Origin: Candidatus Obscuribacterales bacterium
GTDB lineage: Bacteria > Cyanobacteriota > Vampirovibrionia > Obscuribacterales > Obscuribacteraceae
DNA length: 64,000 bases
Direction of reading: 5' to 3'
Assembly (NCBI GenBank): GCA_965228855.1
Contig: CBDDIJ010000005.1
Location: forward strand, 1,184,001-1,248,000
Notes under the pieces: model-generated
The model's input: only the letters and a program-made list of their open reading frames with translations
Told to the model about the DNA's origin: nothing
The model's database searches: none
Position numbers and translations under genes: made by a program
Shown here: one piece after another, positions 21,019-30,876 of the stretch
Layout: the number at the start of each line of letters is the position of its first letter
How positions within the stretch are numbered: position 1 is the first letter of the stretch

Positions 21019-23259
21019 ATGGCTAAAGTCTGCTCTCTTTGCAACAAAGAGTACAAAGGCGCAACTTGCCCGGTGTGTACGGAGACCGGTGTCGACGTGA
21101 AGAAAGTATTGGAGTCGGAAAAAGCGCAAATGGAAAAGAACGATTCAGCACCTCCAACCGCATTTCTTGTGGATCTAGTGTCAAACCGGAAGATTCCGAT
21201 CACGACGCCCAGATGCCGGGTTGGACGTGACGATCTCAATGACATCGTCATCAGCGGTGACCAGTCAATCTCTCGATTTCACTTCATCATCACGTATGAA
21301 AACGGTCAGTACATGACCCAAGATGCAAAGAGCCGGCACGGCACATTTTTGAATGGAAACCAGATAGGCGGCCCCGAACCAATCAACGATGGTGACGTCT
21401 TGAAAATTGGCGTTTCTCTCTTCTGGTTCGTCATCGAATCCGCCGCTGGAACCGAGAAGGAAGAACCGCTTCCGCCGGTCGACGTAGAGAAGGCTTCCGG
21501 TTCAGAAGACATTTCAATGAAAACCGGAGGCGACTACAACTATTCAGCGGAGAAAGAGCTTTCCGCAACCCAGGAAATTAGCATCATTTCGCCCGAAGCC
21601 CTCGCCCAATACAGCTTGACGAAGAATGCAGAAGACGAAGCTTTCGAACCGAAGGAGCCGACGGAAGAGGTTTCAGCAGAAGCAAAAAAAGAAGAGGAAC
21701 TGAAATCCGAATCCAGCGACGAGAAGAAGCCCGCCGATGAAGCGGAGTCTCCGAAAGCGGAGGAAGACACCGCTGAGCCGAACAAGGACGGCGATGCGAA
21801 GGCTGAAGCGGAGAACGGCAAGGACGAGGAAAGTCCGAAATCCGAAGAAAAATCCGAAGAGAAACCTGAGGAGAAATCCGAAGATAAGCCTGAAGAGAAA
21901 ACTGAAGAGAAGAAAGACGAAGAGCCCGTCGCCGAGGAATTCAAGCCTGAAAATAAAGACTCTGACGAAGAGAAGACAGAAGATAAAGAAGATGACAAGT
22001 CAGAAATCGTTGATTTTGAGCCCACCGCGGATGAGGACTCCGAGTCCAAGAACAAAGACGACATTGAAATCGCAGTCAAAGACTTGCTCGAACCGCTTCA
22101 ATCCGAAATCGAAGCATCGCGCGAAATGGTCCGAGACGCTCTGCGCAAGGGCGAATTAAAGTCCGAACCAGATAGCGATAACGAAGAAACAAATGAAGCT
22201 GAAGAAGCTGACGAAAAGAAGGAAGAAGAGCCAACTTCGTCCAGTGAAGATGAGAAATCCGAAGACTCCGATAAACACTCGGATGACGAAGATGATAAGG
22301 AGGAGCAACCGGAGTCGCCATCTAAAAATGACGATGATAAACCGGAAGAAACAGCGAAGAAAGATAATGAAAAATCGGCAGAAGCAGAGACATTGGAGAA
22401 AATTGCTGAAATAATTGATGATTCATCGAAGTCGGATTTGACTGATAAACGTGACGAAGGTCCTAGCGTCTCCGCGGATCATATCGAAACTGAGTTATCT
22501 TCCGAACACGAAAAGGCGACCAACGGATTAGATGAGGACATAACAACAGTGAGCCAGATGGGTCCAACTAATGTACCGGATTGGTGCAAACGATATTTCT
22601 CAGACGAACTCAAGCATCTGAACAAAGAGCTTGACACTCTGAACGATCAGATAAAAGCGTATCAAGACAAGATTCGCAAAATCGAAGGTCAAGCGGCGCT
22701 TACCAAGGGCATCCGCAATACACTTCTGACGAGCGATGGCGATGATTTGATTGAAGCCTGCAAGAAAGTTCTTGGTCTTGCCGGCTGGAAGGTCACGCAG
22801 TCAGAAGAAGACAAACACGAGTTTTTACTCGAGCATGAAGACGAGAAAGTAGCAATCGCTAGAGTTATTTCAATCAAAGGCGCGGCGGAAAGAAGCCACC
22901 TGGGTCAACTCACGATCTCGCAAACCCGCTTCTGGTGCGAGAAGGGAATCGAGCCCAAAGGGGTGTTAATTGTCGGTCGAGTAAGTGATAAATCACCGAA
23001 AGAACGCGGCGAAGACACTAATGACGAAGTGCTCGAATACGCAAACATGAAAAACGTGTGTATCATGAACACGCTCCAGCTGCTCGCACTTTACCGCGAC
23101 ATAGCTTTGAAGGACGGCAAGACCGGCGAATTGAGATCGTCTATTCACGATAGCAAGGGTTGGCTCAAAGGCTTTGACATCGAACCCGGTGATGATATCG
23201 TCGACGAAGATGGAGAAGGCAGCAAAAGCAAATCGCTAAGTTCGCTGCTATCAGCCTAA
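21019..23259 (+). CDS. FHA-domain protein (Zn-ribbon, FHA, acidic disordered linker, coiled coil, REase-like C-domain)
   Basis: CxxC..CxxC N-terminus; FHA core VGR...ISRFH...SRHGTFLNG; E/K/D-rich middle. AAGGA RBS. Confidence 0.85.
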   Translation: MAKVCSLCNKEYKGATCPVCTETGVDVKKVLESEKAQMEKNDSAPPTAFLVDLVSNRKIPITTPRCRVGRDDLNDIVISGDQSISRFHFIITYENGQYMTQDAKSRHGTFLNGNQIGGPEPINDGDVLKIGVSLFWFVIESAAGTEKEEPLPPVDVEKASGSEDISMKTGGDYNYSAEKELSATQEISIISPEALAQYSLTKNAEDEAFEPKEPTEEVSAEAKKEEELKSESSDEKKPADEAESPKAEEDTAEPNKDGDAKAEAENGKDEESPKSEEKSEEKPEEKSEDKPEEKTEEKKDEEPVAEEFKPENKDSDEEKTEDKEDDKSEIVDFEPTADEDSESKNKDDIEIAVKDLLEPLQSEIEASREMVRDALRKGELKSEPDSDNEETNEAEEADEKKEEEPTSSSEDEKSEDSDKHSDDEDDKEEQPESPSKNDDDKPEETAKKDNEKSAEAETLEKIAEIIDDSSKSDLTDKRDEGPSVSADHIETELSSEHEKATNGLDEDITTVSQMGPTNVPDWCKRYFSDELKHLNKELDTLNDQIKAYQDKIRKIEGQAALTKGIRNTLLTSDGDDLIEACKKVLGLAGWKVTQSEEDKHEFLLEHEDEKVAIARVISIKGAAERSHLGQLTISQTRFWCEKGIEPKGVLIVGRVSDKSPKERGEDTNDEVLEYANMKNVCIMNTLQLLALYRDIALKDGKTGELRSSIHDSKGWLKGFDIEPGDDIVDEDGEGSKSKSLSSLLSA

Positions 23260-23270
23260 AAGCTGAGGGT

Positions 23271-23290
23271 AGTCGCAGAAACTCGCGACT
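23271..23290. terminator. Possible terminator hairpin between convergent genes
   Basis: AGTCGC-N8-GCGACT stem just after the FHA gene stop; weak U-tract. Confidence 0.4.
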
Positions 23291-23386
23291 GTATTCGTCG
23301 CTAAACAAACTTAGAAACGCACTCGCCTCGGTGAGTGCGTTTTGGTATACATCAGCGATGCGCAGTCAGTGCTCGGCGCAACAGAT

Positions 23387-25648
23387 TCAGCGGTTCCGCT
23401 TTGATTTCCTGGAGGTCTTCTTCTTGGAAGATGAACTGCCAGACGGTGACGCGCTTGACTTGGCTTTTGGAACAGAGGAAACTGCGGACTCCTTCTTGGT
23501 TGCTTGCACTTCCTTGCTTGCCTGCGCTTCTTTGTTAGCCTCCGCCTGCTTGGACATGTACGAGTAGCCGACCCATGCAATAGCGATCGCAAGAAACAAA
23601 GTGACCAGCGTCTTGATTTTTCGGCGTCGGAGCGTTTGAAGAATGGAATTCCTGGTCACTACCGGATCTTGGCCATCTCGTACACTTGCTGGATGAATCA
23701 GTTCTTGAAGCTCACTATCATGTTTAAAAACAGACTGCGACTTGTCACGCGAATTTTTCGAGACGGCGACCCAGTTTTCAGGCTGGTCGTCCGCGAGAGA
23801 AGAACCACCCGTAGTGGCAACTCTGTCATTCCGAACCATCTCATCGCTTAATAAACCAGAAGCACTGGTCGTACTCATGATGCTTGTGCCGCTGGATGAA
23901 CTGTCGCTTAAATCAGGTTCGGGGAAAACAGGTTCAGGAACGTAACCGCCCTTTTTTGAGAACTCACCGCTAGCCTGGTAGTTGCTGTTGCCTGCCGAAA
24001 CACTACTGGCGCCGGGAGAAAACCCGCCGCTGCTGGTGGAGGCTCTACCGCTGGTCGACGAGAACCCTCCGCTACTGGAGGAGAATCCACCGCTCTGAGG
24101 CGATATGCCCGGATTGTTGAAAGAACCGTCCCCAGAGTCGCTTCTAGGAGAATTATTGCCGGTTGTGGACGGCACATCGTTGCTGGGAAAGTCTTTCAAA
24201 TCATTGAATACAATGCCGGTGCCAGTGTAAACTCCACTGCCTGTGTCTTTGTTAGAAGGGAAGCTGCCTATGCCTGGTACCGGCGTCTTGGGCGAAATCG
24301 GTTTCTTTGCAGCATCACCGTTCGAAGCAGGTACGACAGTGCCACCACTGGCGGTGCCCGATCCCTGAGCAGAGAAAGAATTCGTGCTGGTCGAAAACAC
24401 GTTGCTACTAGAGGAGAAAACACTGCTGCTCGAAGAGAAGACATTACTGCTCGATGAAAATCCAGAGGCAGCTGGTGGCGGTGCCCCGGCCGCAGGCAGA
24501 CCTCCACTACTGGATGAGAAGCCGGAACTACTCGACGAGAAGCCACCACTATCGGTACCAAGTAGAGTTCTCGGAACCGGCGGTGCTGGAGAACTTCCAT
24601 TAGCGCCAGGAGGCGGCGCCTGGGATCGCTGGCCGGCAGTGCCGACGTCACCTTTGGCACCATTGTTTGTCTTTAAGCTGTCGCCCGGGAGATCACGGAA
24701 GGACCTGGGGGCAGACGGCGATAGTCCCTTGACGGATTCTCCGGCTGTGGCCCAAGTTCCAGAATCAAGCCCTTCTTCGGCTACTATAGGTTTCATCTTT
24801 TCAGACGCCAGGGCTCCGACCACCGCATCCCCCGATGGGCTTTTGACGGACCGCTCTTCAACCTTCTCAGATTGCGTCTCAGCAGCAAGAACCGGAGGAG
24901 GAGGTTCTGGACTAGCCGATACTTCAGTCGGCTCCTGAGTCTCTGACAGCGACTCCTCATTCGGAGTTGCACGCGAGGAAACCGAATCCGACGCGATTTC
25001 CCCGACGGACTCGGCCGGATCCGGTTCATCAACAATAATTGGTTGGTGGTCTCCGGTCTCCACCTGGGATGGGGAGGTCGCATCCAAGATTGGCTCAGGT
25101 GCCTCAGCGCTAGATATCGGTTCAGAGACTGAGACCGGTTCATGATCTCCAGTCACGACGGCCGAGGCGGTAGCTGACGGCTCAAGGTTCGCTGGCTCGG
25201 ACGCAGCCACCCCTGCATCCACGGTGACTGCCGCGACTGAGATCGGCTCATGGTCGCCGGTTATTTCTGCCTTGCGGTTCTCCACTTTCGAGCGATTTTT
25301 AGAGCGTCGATTGCGGTTTTTCTTCCGGCTTCGCCCCGCAGACTTTGGTTCATGCGACTCGCTTTCATCAACCGATATCGGTTCATGATCGCCGGTAATT
25401 ATTTCTGAAGCCCGCGGGGACGAATCGTTTTCGGGGGCTTGCGCCGAAGAGCTGTTTTCCAAAACTATCGTTTTGGGTGCCTCCACATCAAGCGGTTTGG
25501 CAGACTGATTTGACTGCGGCTTGTGTCCGGACGCAGGAGGCGATGAGCAGGCGCATTTGACCGGCTTGAAGACCCAAGCCTTCGAAGAACCGGAAACAGT
25601 TGCGCCTTTATGTTTGCCACACTCCGGGCAGACTTCTTTATCTGACAT
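23387..25648 (-). CDS. Low-complexity membrane-anchored protein (N-terminal Cys motif, TGDHEP and FSSSS repeats, single TM, basic tail)
   Basis: 753-aa ORF beginning CPECG...W.F...CAC. TM LVTLFLAIAIAWVGY near the C-terminus. Confidence 0.75.
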   Translation of the reverse strand: MSDKEVCPECGKHKGATVSGSSKAWVFKPVKCACSSPPASGHKPQSNQSAKPLDVEAPKTIVLENSSSAQAPENDSSPRASEIITGDHEPISVDESESHEPKSAGRSRKKNRNRRSKNRSKVENRKAEITGDHEPISVAAVTVDAGVAASEPANLEPSATASAVVTGDHEPVSVSEPISSAEAPEPILDATSPSQVETGDHQPIIVDEPDPAESVGEIASDSVSSRATPNEESLSETQEPTEVSASPEPPPPVLAAETQSEKVEERSVKSPSGDAVVGALASEKMKPIVAEEGLDSGTWATAGESVKGLSPSAPRSFRDLPGDSLKTNNGAKGDVGTAGQRSQAPPPGANGSSPAPPVPRTLLGTDSGGFSSSSSGFSSSSGGLPAAGAPPPAASGFSSSSNVFSSSSSVFSSSSNVFSTSTNSFSAQGSGTASGGTVVPASNGDAAKKPISPKTPVPGIGSFPSNKDTGSGVYTGTGIVFNDLKDFPSNDVPSTTGNNSPRSDSGDGSFNNPGISPQSGGFSSSSGGFSSTSGRASTSSGGFSPGASSVSAGNSNYQASGEFSKKGGYVPEPVFPEPDLSDSSSSGTSIMSTTSASGLLSDEMVRNDRVATTGGSSLADDQPENWVAVSKNSRDKSQSVFKHDSELQELIHPASVRDGQDPVVTRNSILQTLRRRKIKTLVTLFLAIAIAWVGYSYMSKQAEANKEAQASKEVQATKKESAVSSVPKAKSSASPSGSSSSKKKTSRKSKRNR
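24020..24545 (-). repeat. Imperfect 21-nt repeats encoding (G/V)FSSSS(S/N/G) heptads, in three clusters
   Basis: Encodes GFSSSSSGFSSSSGG, GFSSSSNVFSSSSSVFSSSSNVFSTS and GGFSSSSGGFSSTS. Confidence 0.75.
25030..25400 (-). repeat. Four dispersed TGDH(E/Q)P(I/V) peptide repeats
   Basis: ITGDHEPISV twice, VTGDHEPVSV and ETGDHQPIIV in the translation. Confidence 0.75.
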
Positions 25649-26040
25649 GCGACTCGGGCACCTTTTACCTCATTAATTTAGTACCCATCCCATAGACCTT
25701 GCCAAACGAACAGTTAAGCAATTTGCTCTACTGCCGCAACCTGGCGCCAGCAAAGGCTCCGGCCTCCCGGAGGGCGGAAATGCCCGAGGGAGAGATAAGA
25801 CGGACCTTTCAGCAAGATAAGCGAAAGTGGCTTGGTTACTGCCTTTTAACATTCACGCTCCCCGTTTTTGCAAAGGCTATGTTAAAAACAGAATCAGCAC
25901 GTTTGCTCTGAAGGGCAGCAAATTTTTTCAGCACTGATTTCTCTCCTCTCCAAAGAAGACTAAGTGCTTTCAACCAGACAGAAAGGACTCGCTATTTGCG
26001 GGTTCTTACGTTGCAACGCAGAAAGTTCGAGGTATGTTTG

Positions 26041-26916
26041 ATGGTTCGAAAATGGCAGATACTCTGTTCGATGATTCTCGCGCTCACGTTCGCATTTCCT
26101 GAAAGTGCGTTCTCAGCGGTTCGCAAGCATTCGGTTAGCACTAAAAAAGTCGCTCACACAACAAAAAGGAAGTCGCACAAATCGTCGAAAAAGGTGGCTT
26201 CGCGTAAAAAAACTCGAGCGAAAACCAAAGTTGCAACCAGAAGATGGCGCACCAAAGTTGCCACATCAAATATGATGTGGTCTGCACCTATGAACACCAC
26301 TCCACTGAGCCCAACGCTGAGCGCTCGAATGAAGGCGAATTTTCAGCGAGGGCAAGCAGGTCGGTACACGCCGCAGGACATGGTCCGCGCCAGAGTGTTC
26401 TCGAACGCGCCATTGCTAGGCGGAATAAAGCCGCGTACAGCAATAGTCAAAAACTTGATCATTCACTCGACCGAGACTGCAAAGGTCGCGGACGCTAAAA
26501 CTGTCGTGCATAGCTGGAATAGCGGAGGATTGAGACATCCGGGAACACAATATCTTGTTGACCGCGACGGCAAAATCTATCAAACGGTCGACCCCAAATA
26601 CGCCACCATTCATGTCAATGAAAAGCGAACCATTGGTGGTATCACCAATGACAACAGCATCGGCATAGAAATAGTCCGAACAGGCAAGCAAAAGTACACG
26701 CAAGTGCAGCTCGCTTCTCTAGTTCAGCTTGTGGACTATATTCAGGAGCGGTTTCCAATCGCCAAAATTTATGGGCACGGACAGATTCAACCGAGCAACC
26801 GCACAGACCCGGTCGCGTTCAACTGGAATCTGTTCTCGAAAAATCTTGCTCATATCAACGCGGCATCAACACAAACCGCTTACAGAGAAGAATCAAGAGA
26901 GGACAACCAGGGCTAA
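26041..26916 (+). CDS. N-acetylmuramoyl-L-alanine amidase (Amidase_2/PGRP-like), secreted, with basic N-terminal arm
   Basis: Signal peptide, K/R-rich region, IIHST, YLVDRDGKIYQ, NSIGIEI and GH.....RTDP motifs. Confidence 0.88.
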   Translation: MVRKWQILCSMILALTFAFPESAFSAVRKHSVSTKKVAHTTKRKSHKSSKKVASRKKTRAKTKVATRRWRTKVATSNMMWSAPMNTTPLSPTLSARMKANFQRGQAGRYTPQDMVRARVFSNAPLLGGIKPRTAIVKNLIIHSTETAKVADAKTVVHSWNSGGLRHPGTQYLVDRDGKIYQTVDPKYATIHVNEKRTIGGITNDNSIGIEIVRTGKQKYTQVQLASLVQLVDYIQERFPIAKIYGHGQIQPSNRTDPVAFNWNLFSKNLAHINAASTQTAYREESREDNQG

Positions 26917-26944
26917 AACTATCAATGTTTTTTCCGATGAAACC

Positions 26945-26984
26945 TCGCCCTCGAAGGCGCCGCCGCCTCGAGGGCGACTTCTTT
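26945..26984 (+). terminator. Intrinsic terminator after amidase
   Basis: TCGCCCTCGA...TCGAGGGCGA stem followed by CTTCTTT. Confidence 0.7.
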
Positions 26985-27082
26985 GCACCCGGACAAGGTT
27001 TTGGCTCAAAGAAGGACAGCCGTCCTAACTAGAAAGATTTCTCAGTTTGGGTATAACCTTGAGGAATCAAACGGGCAAGCCG

Positions 27083-28594
27083 ATGTCAGAAGACACAAAA
27101 AGCGTCGAAGAATTGAAACTGAAAGTAAGTGACGAAGTCACCGAATCTAAGCCAATCCAGGAAGATTCGTCCCGCCTCAACGTCCCACCGGAAGGTTTAA
27201 ATCCGTTTTCCGACATCGTCATAAATGAAAATCTTGAAGTTCTGGAATTTATCGGCAAAGGTGGCACCGGTCAAGTCTATAAGGTCCGCGATAAGACGCT
27301 GGATGAAATATTTGCCGTAAAATTGCTGCGAAGAGATTTGATAGTCGACACGCAGACGGTGAAGCGTTTCGTCCAAGAAGCAGAGACCGCCGCCAATCTT
27401 TCGCATCCGAATGTCGTAAGCGTGTATGGTCACGGAGAAGCTACCGACGGCTCCCCGTACATAACAATGAACTATATCGACGGCGAAAACCTGGCTCAAA
27501 TATTAAAACGCCAACATTCACTTAATTGGCAGACAATAGTCGATCTTTTCATACAGATTTGCGATGGTCTTGAACACGCTCATCAACAAGGTTTTATTCA
27601 TCGTGATCTGAAGCCGAGCAACATCCTTGTAAGCACCATAGGCGGTATCGAGTTGGCTCACATCGTCGATTTCGGCATCGCCAAAGTGATGGCTTCACGA
27701 GGGGATACGTTGAACACACTTACAGTCAGCGGTGAATTCCTCGGCACCCCCATGTATATGAGTCCGGAACAATGCCTGGGACAGAATGTCGATAAACGAA
27801 CAGATATCTATGCCCTCGGCTGCATGATGTTCGAAGCCCTGAATGGCGCCGGACCATTTGCTGGAGCGACTTCTGTCGAAATGATAGCGAAAAAGATGTC
27901 CGAAGATTCTCCCAGGCTTACGGCAGAGAACATACCTCCCCCGATGAAAATGGTCGTGGCTTGCTGCATGGCTCGCCAGGCTTCTGATCGATATTCCGAC
28001 ATTGCGAGCCTGAAGGAAGACCTCAAGGCTCTCCTTGTCGGAGAGAACCCCAGGAATGCTCAAATCAAAGTCGGCGTAGATGGAAACACAGGCGGCCGCA
28101 GGATGCTCGCGGCAATTCTCGATTACGCGTTCATAACAACTGTTACAAGCGTGACTAACATCTTCTGCCTGATCGGGCTGGCATTGACCACTACCGGGGT
28201 GAAAACCGACCCAGGCAAGTCAATCCTGGCGGGCGTGGCTCTAATTATCATGTTCGTGCTTCCGCCGTTCTTGAGCACCCTCTACTATGTCGCTTTCGAG
28301 AAGATTCGCGGGGCTACTCTTGCTAAGCAGCTGTGCGGGCTCTATATTACAGACGCGGCAGGCGGCAATTTGACATGGACTGCATCTCTTCTGAGAAACA
28401 CCATGAAGTTCGTCATCGTTGTCATTCTGCCGCTTCTCGGCTTAGTCGGATTTTTCATGCCACAAGCCGCCTGGGGCTTGCTCACGGCCTCGGTATTTAT
28501 AGGGCTGAGCGGCTACATTACGGTACGCTCGATAATCAAACACAGACGTCTGCCCTGGGATGTGATAGCCGGCGCCCAAGTGCGCAGACGTTAA
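27083..28594 (+). CDS. Ser/Thr protein kinase fused to RDD-family membrane domain
   Basis: GKGGTGQVY, HRDLKPSN, DFG and GTPMYMSPEQ motifs. C-terminal RRMLAAILD...GATLAK...LLRN...WDVIAG RDD pattern. Confidence 0.88.
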   Translation: MSEDTKSVEELKLKVSDEVTESKPIQEDSSRLNVPPEGLNPFSDIVINENLEVLEFIGKGGTGQVYKVRDKTLDEIFAVKLLRRDLIVDTQTVKRFVQEAETAANLSHPNVVSVYGHGEATDGSPYITMNYIDGENLAQILKRQHSLNWQTIVDLFIQICDGLEHAHQQGFIHRDLKPSNILVSTIGGIELAHIVDFGIAKVMASRGDTLNTLTVSGEFLGTPMYMSPEQCLGQNVDKRTDIYALGCMMFEALNGAGPFAGATSVEMIAKKMSEDSPRLTAENIPPPMKMVVACCMARQASDRYSDIASLKEDLKALLVGENPRNAQIKVGVDGNTGGRRMLAAILDYAFITTVTSVTNIFCLIGLALTTTGVKTDPGKSILAGVALIIMFVLPPFLSTLYYVAFEKIRGATLAKQLCGLYITDAAGGNLTWTASLLRNTMKFVIVVILPLLGLVGFFMPQAAWGLLTASVFIGLSGYITVRSIIKHRRLPWDVIAGAQVRRR

Positions 28595-29040
28595 CGCATA
28601 GACACCCTCTTTTGAAAGACTCGCACAACCTCAGGCTTAGGCTCCTCAACTTGGATATATCTGCTGAAACCTCCATAGAGGAACACGGCGCCAACCAGCA
28701 AATGCGCGACACTGTCAGCCGTTCCGAACTCCAGGTCTCCTGGAACAATACTGAGCAAATGGTTAGTCGCCCCCATGCCATGCATCAATGGTACTCCGGG
28801 TGGTGCTATTAAACCAATCACGCCGAGCGAGCCGTACAAGGTCCCCATCACGTAACAAAAATTCTTGGCAGCCAGATAAGAACCGAAATAGCCAAAGTAA
28901 ACAGCCAAAACACCGGTCGCCAGGTTCACCATGTTGTGACCCACGCTCAAGTGCATTCCAAGAAAACCCGGCGCTACGAAACCAATCAACCCGACGGCTA
29001 CGAACAACAGGCCGAGACAAAGACATACTACCCTGGCCAT
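28591..29040 (-). CDS. DUF4383-like small membrane protein
   Basis: Four TM segments; GLIGF...HNMVNLATG...D..AHL pattern. Confidence 0.7.
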   Translation of the reverse strand: MARVVCLCLGLLFVAVGLIGFVAPGFLGMHLSVGHNMVNLATGVLAVYFGYFGSYLAAKNFCYVMGTLYGSLGVIGLIAPPGVPLMHGMGATNHLLSIVPGDLEFGTADSVAHLLVGAVFLYGGFSRYIQVEEPKPEVVRVFQKRVSMR

Positions 29041-29163
29041 GACATAACTCCCTAATACCTTTCATACACTCCAATAGCACATCCAAACTCATCATTGCGG
29101 CATCAGTACTCGAGACTGTAATATCAGATAGCGGCTTCACGCCCTCTCTTTGGATTGATTAGC

Positions 29164-29871
29164 ATGTTGAAACGCTTCGCAAAACCGGTCATGATAGCAG
29201 CGGCATTAATGCTCGTTCCGCCCGCGGCGACAGCGCTGAAACCGGGGTCAGGAGGCGGGAAAGTTAACAGTGCAGCCTGGGAAACAGAGCGAATCTACAA
29301 CAACTGGGGAAAACACAAAATCGTTTTCTCCAGAAGTTTCTTTCGCATGGATGATCCCATCCGCGATTTTTCGATCGTTACGTCGGGTCCAGATTGGATT
29401 GTTTACTATTTTTCGGACAAGAAGAAAATCATCTATTCGACACCAATAACCCGTCCAAGACGCAGTTTCAGTGAGCGGATGGGTCTTCTCACGGGTGGTC
29501 GCGATCAAGACCCGACACACTGGCAGAAAGTCGGCAAGGCGAAATTGCTCGGGCAAGAATTTGACCATTATCGGCTGGCAAAGGACAAGTCCGGAGCCCC
29601 TCTCCAACGGGTAAGCTTTTGCGAGCTCTTCACGGCTTCAATGAAGGTGGAGCCTCAAGTCAGCAAAATGTTCGCAAATCTTTTTGACAGTCCTGACATG
29701 GGAAGTGTTCCAATTCGCATGCTTACGGGAACTCAGCGCTCCCATCTCCACATGGATACACTGTCGTTAAAGCCAACCGTGGTGTCGCCGGCGATGCGCG
29801 CCATTCCCAAGGGCTACAAGAAAGTTCCGAACGCCGAAGCGGTTATGTTCGAAGACCCCTCGTTTTTCTGA
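29164..29871 (+). CDS. Secreted hypothetical protein (DUF4412-like)
   Basis: Signal peptide; C-terminal IPKGYKKV motif seen in this class of beta-rich proteins. Confidence 0.6.
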   Translation: MLKRFAKPVMIAAALMLVPPAATALKPGSGGGKVNSAAWETERIYNNWGKHKIVFSRSFFRMDDPIRDFSIVTSGPDWIVYYFSDKKKIIYSTPITRPRRSFSERMGLLTGGRDQDPTHWQKVGKAKLLGQEFDHYRLAKDKSGAPLQRVSFCELFTASMKVEPQVSKMFANLFDSPDMGSVPIRMLTGTQRSHLHMDTLSLKPTVVSPAMRAIPKGYKKVPNAEAVMFEDPSFF

Positions 29872-29881
29872 TCCGAAGTTA

Positions 29882-30652
29882 CTACTCTAATCCAAGAGCA
29901 CGCGTAGCTTTGATGTGAAATGTTTTCGAGCAAGTCTCGATAAATTCAGCACTCGAGATGTTCATAGCCTTGAGGACTTTCTTGTGATCGAAGACAAAAG
30001 CAAAGCAGGCTGTGTAAAAAATCATGCACCATATGTAGTGAACGAGGTGTTTTACAGCCCACGGATAAGACCGCAACTGCTCGGAAAGAAACTCGGTGTG
30101 GAACTTCAAGTGCATGATCTCATCAAGCACGATAAGCGAGAAGACTTCTTCCAGGGGTTTGTAGTCCACCTTATCAGCTACGTATTTATAAAAACATTTG
30201 CCGATTACTTCTGCCACCAGAAGTATCAAAAGTTCAGTTTTAAGATGTAACAGGCGGCGCATACAAACGAATGCAAAGTCCGTCCAGTGCCAGCTCAAAA
30301 GGTTTCCATTCATGGCAAGAATCACTTGTGACAGAATCTGCGCATGCGACTGTTCCTCTTTGATGAACATATCTACGCACTGAACGTACTCAGGATCGCC
30401 ATACTTCTTCGCGTACTTGCGGAGATGGCGCCCTTCGCCGGTCTCGCCAATTTGAAAGCGTTGCAGCGAACTGATGAGAGAAGCCTGGAGAGATTCATCG
30501 AGAGCAATCTCATTTGGCAATCTAACAGCAGGTCGCAGTTTTCTATTCTCTTCAAAGTACCTGCGCCATTGCGACGAGTCGAAGGTCGTCGTCGGCACCG
30601 AACGTCTGGAAAGGTCTATTGACGTATCGGCTGTGAGTGGCTGGCTGGTCAT
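29882..30652 (-). CDS. Ferritin-like (di-iron) domain protein
   Basis: FQIGETGEG, EEQSH, AEVIG..FY and DEIMH carboxylate/His motifs. Start ATG 30652 with AGGA upstream. Confidence 0.8.
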   Translation of the reverse strand: MTSQPLTADTSIDLSRRSVPTTTFDSSQWRRYFEENRKLRPAVRLPNEIALDESLQASLISSLQRFQIGETGEGRHLRKYAKKYGDPEYVQCVDMFIKEEQSHAQILSQVILAMNGNLLSWHWTDFAFVCMRRLLHLKTELLILLVAEVIGKCFYKYVADKVDYKPLEEVFSLIVLDEIMHLKFHTEFLSEQLRSYPWAVKHLVHYIWCMIFYTACFAFVFDHKKVLKAMNISSAEFIETCSKTFHIKATRALGLE

Positions 30653-30876
30653 TCCTACATCCTTTCGCGGCATCGCGAACATGCATCTAGTCTGACCATA
30701 GCACGGCTTCCGATGCGAAAGATGCAAAATAAATCGATTAAAACCCAGCCCTTACGCGATGCTAACACTCCTCATATAAATCAATAACACAATCAATATC
30801 GGGTACATAATTCTTTGACCAGTTGCTGTGATAATCTTGAAGTCTTCAAGTCTCCGCCGGAGCCCGATTTCCGCCC

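Noticed and set aside
21540..22414. Ser/Phe-rich antisense and Lys/Arg-rich alternate-frame ORFs
   Set aside because: By-products of the low-complexity acidic linker of the FHA gene.
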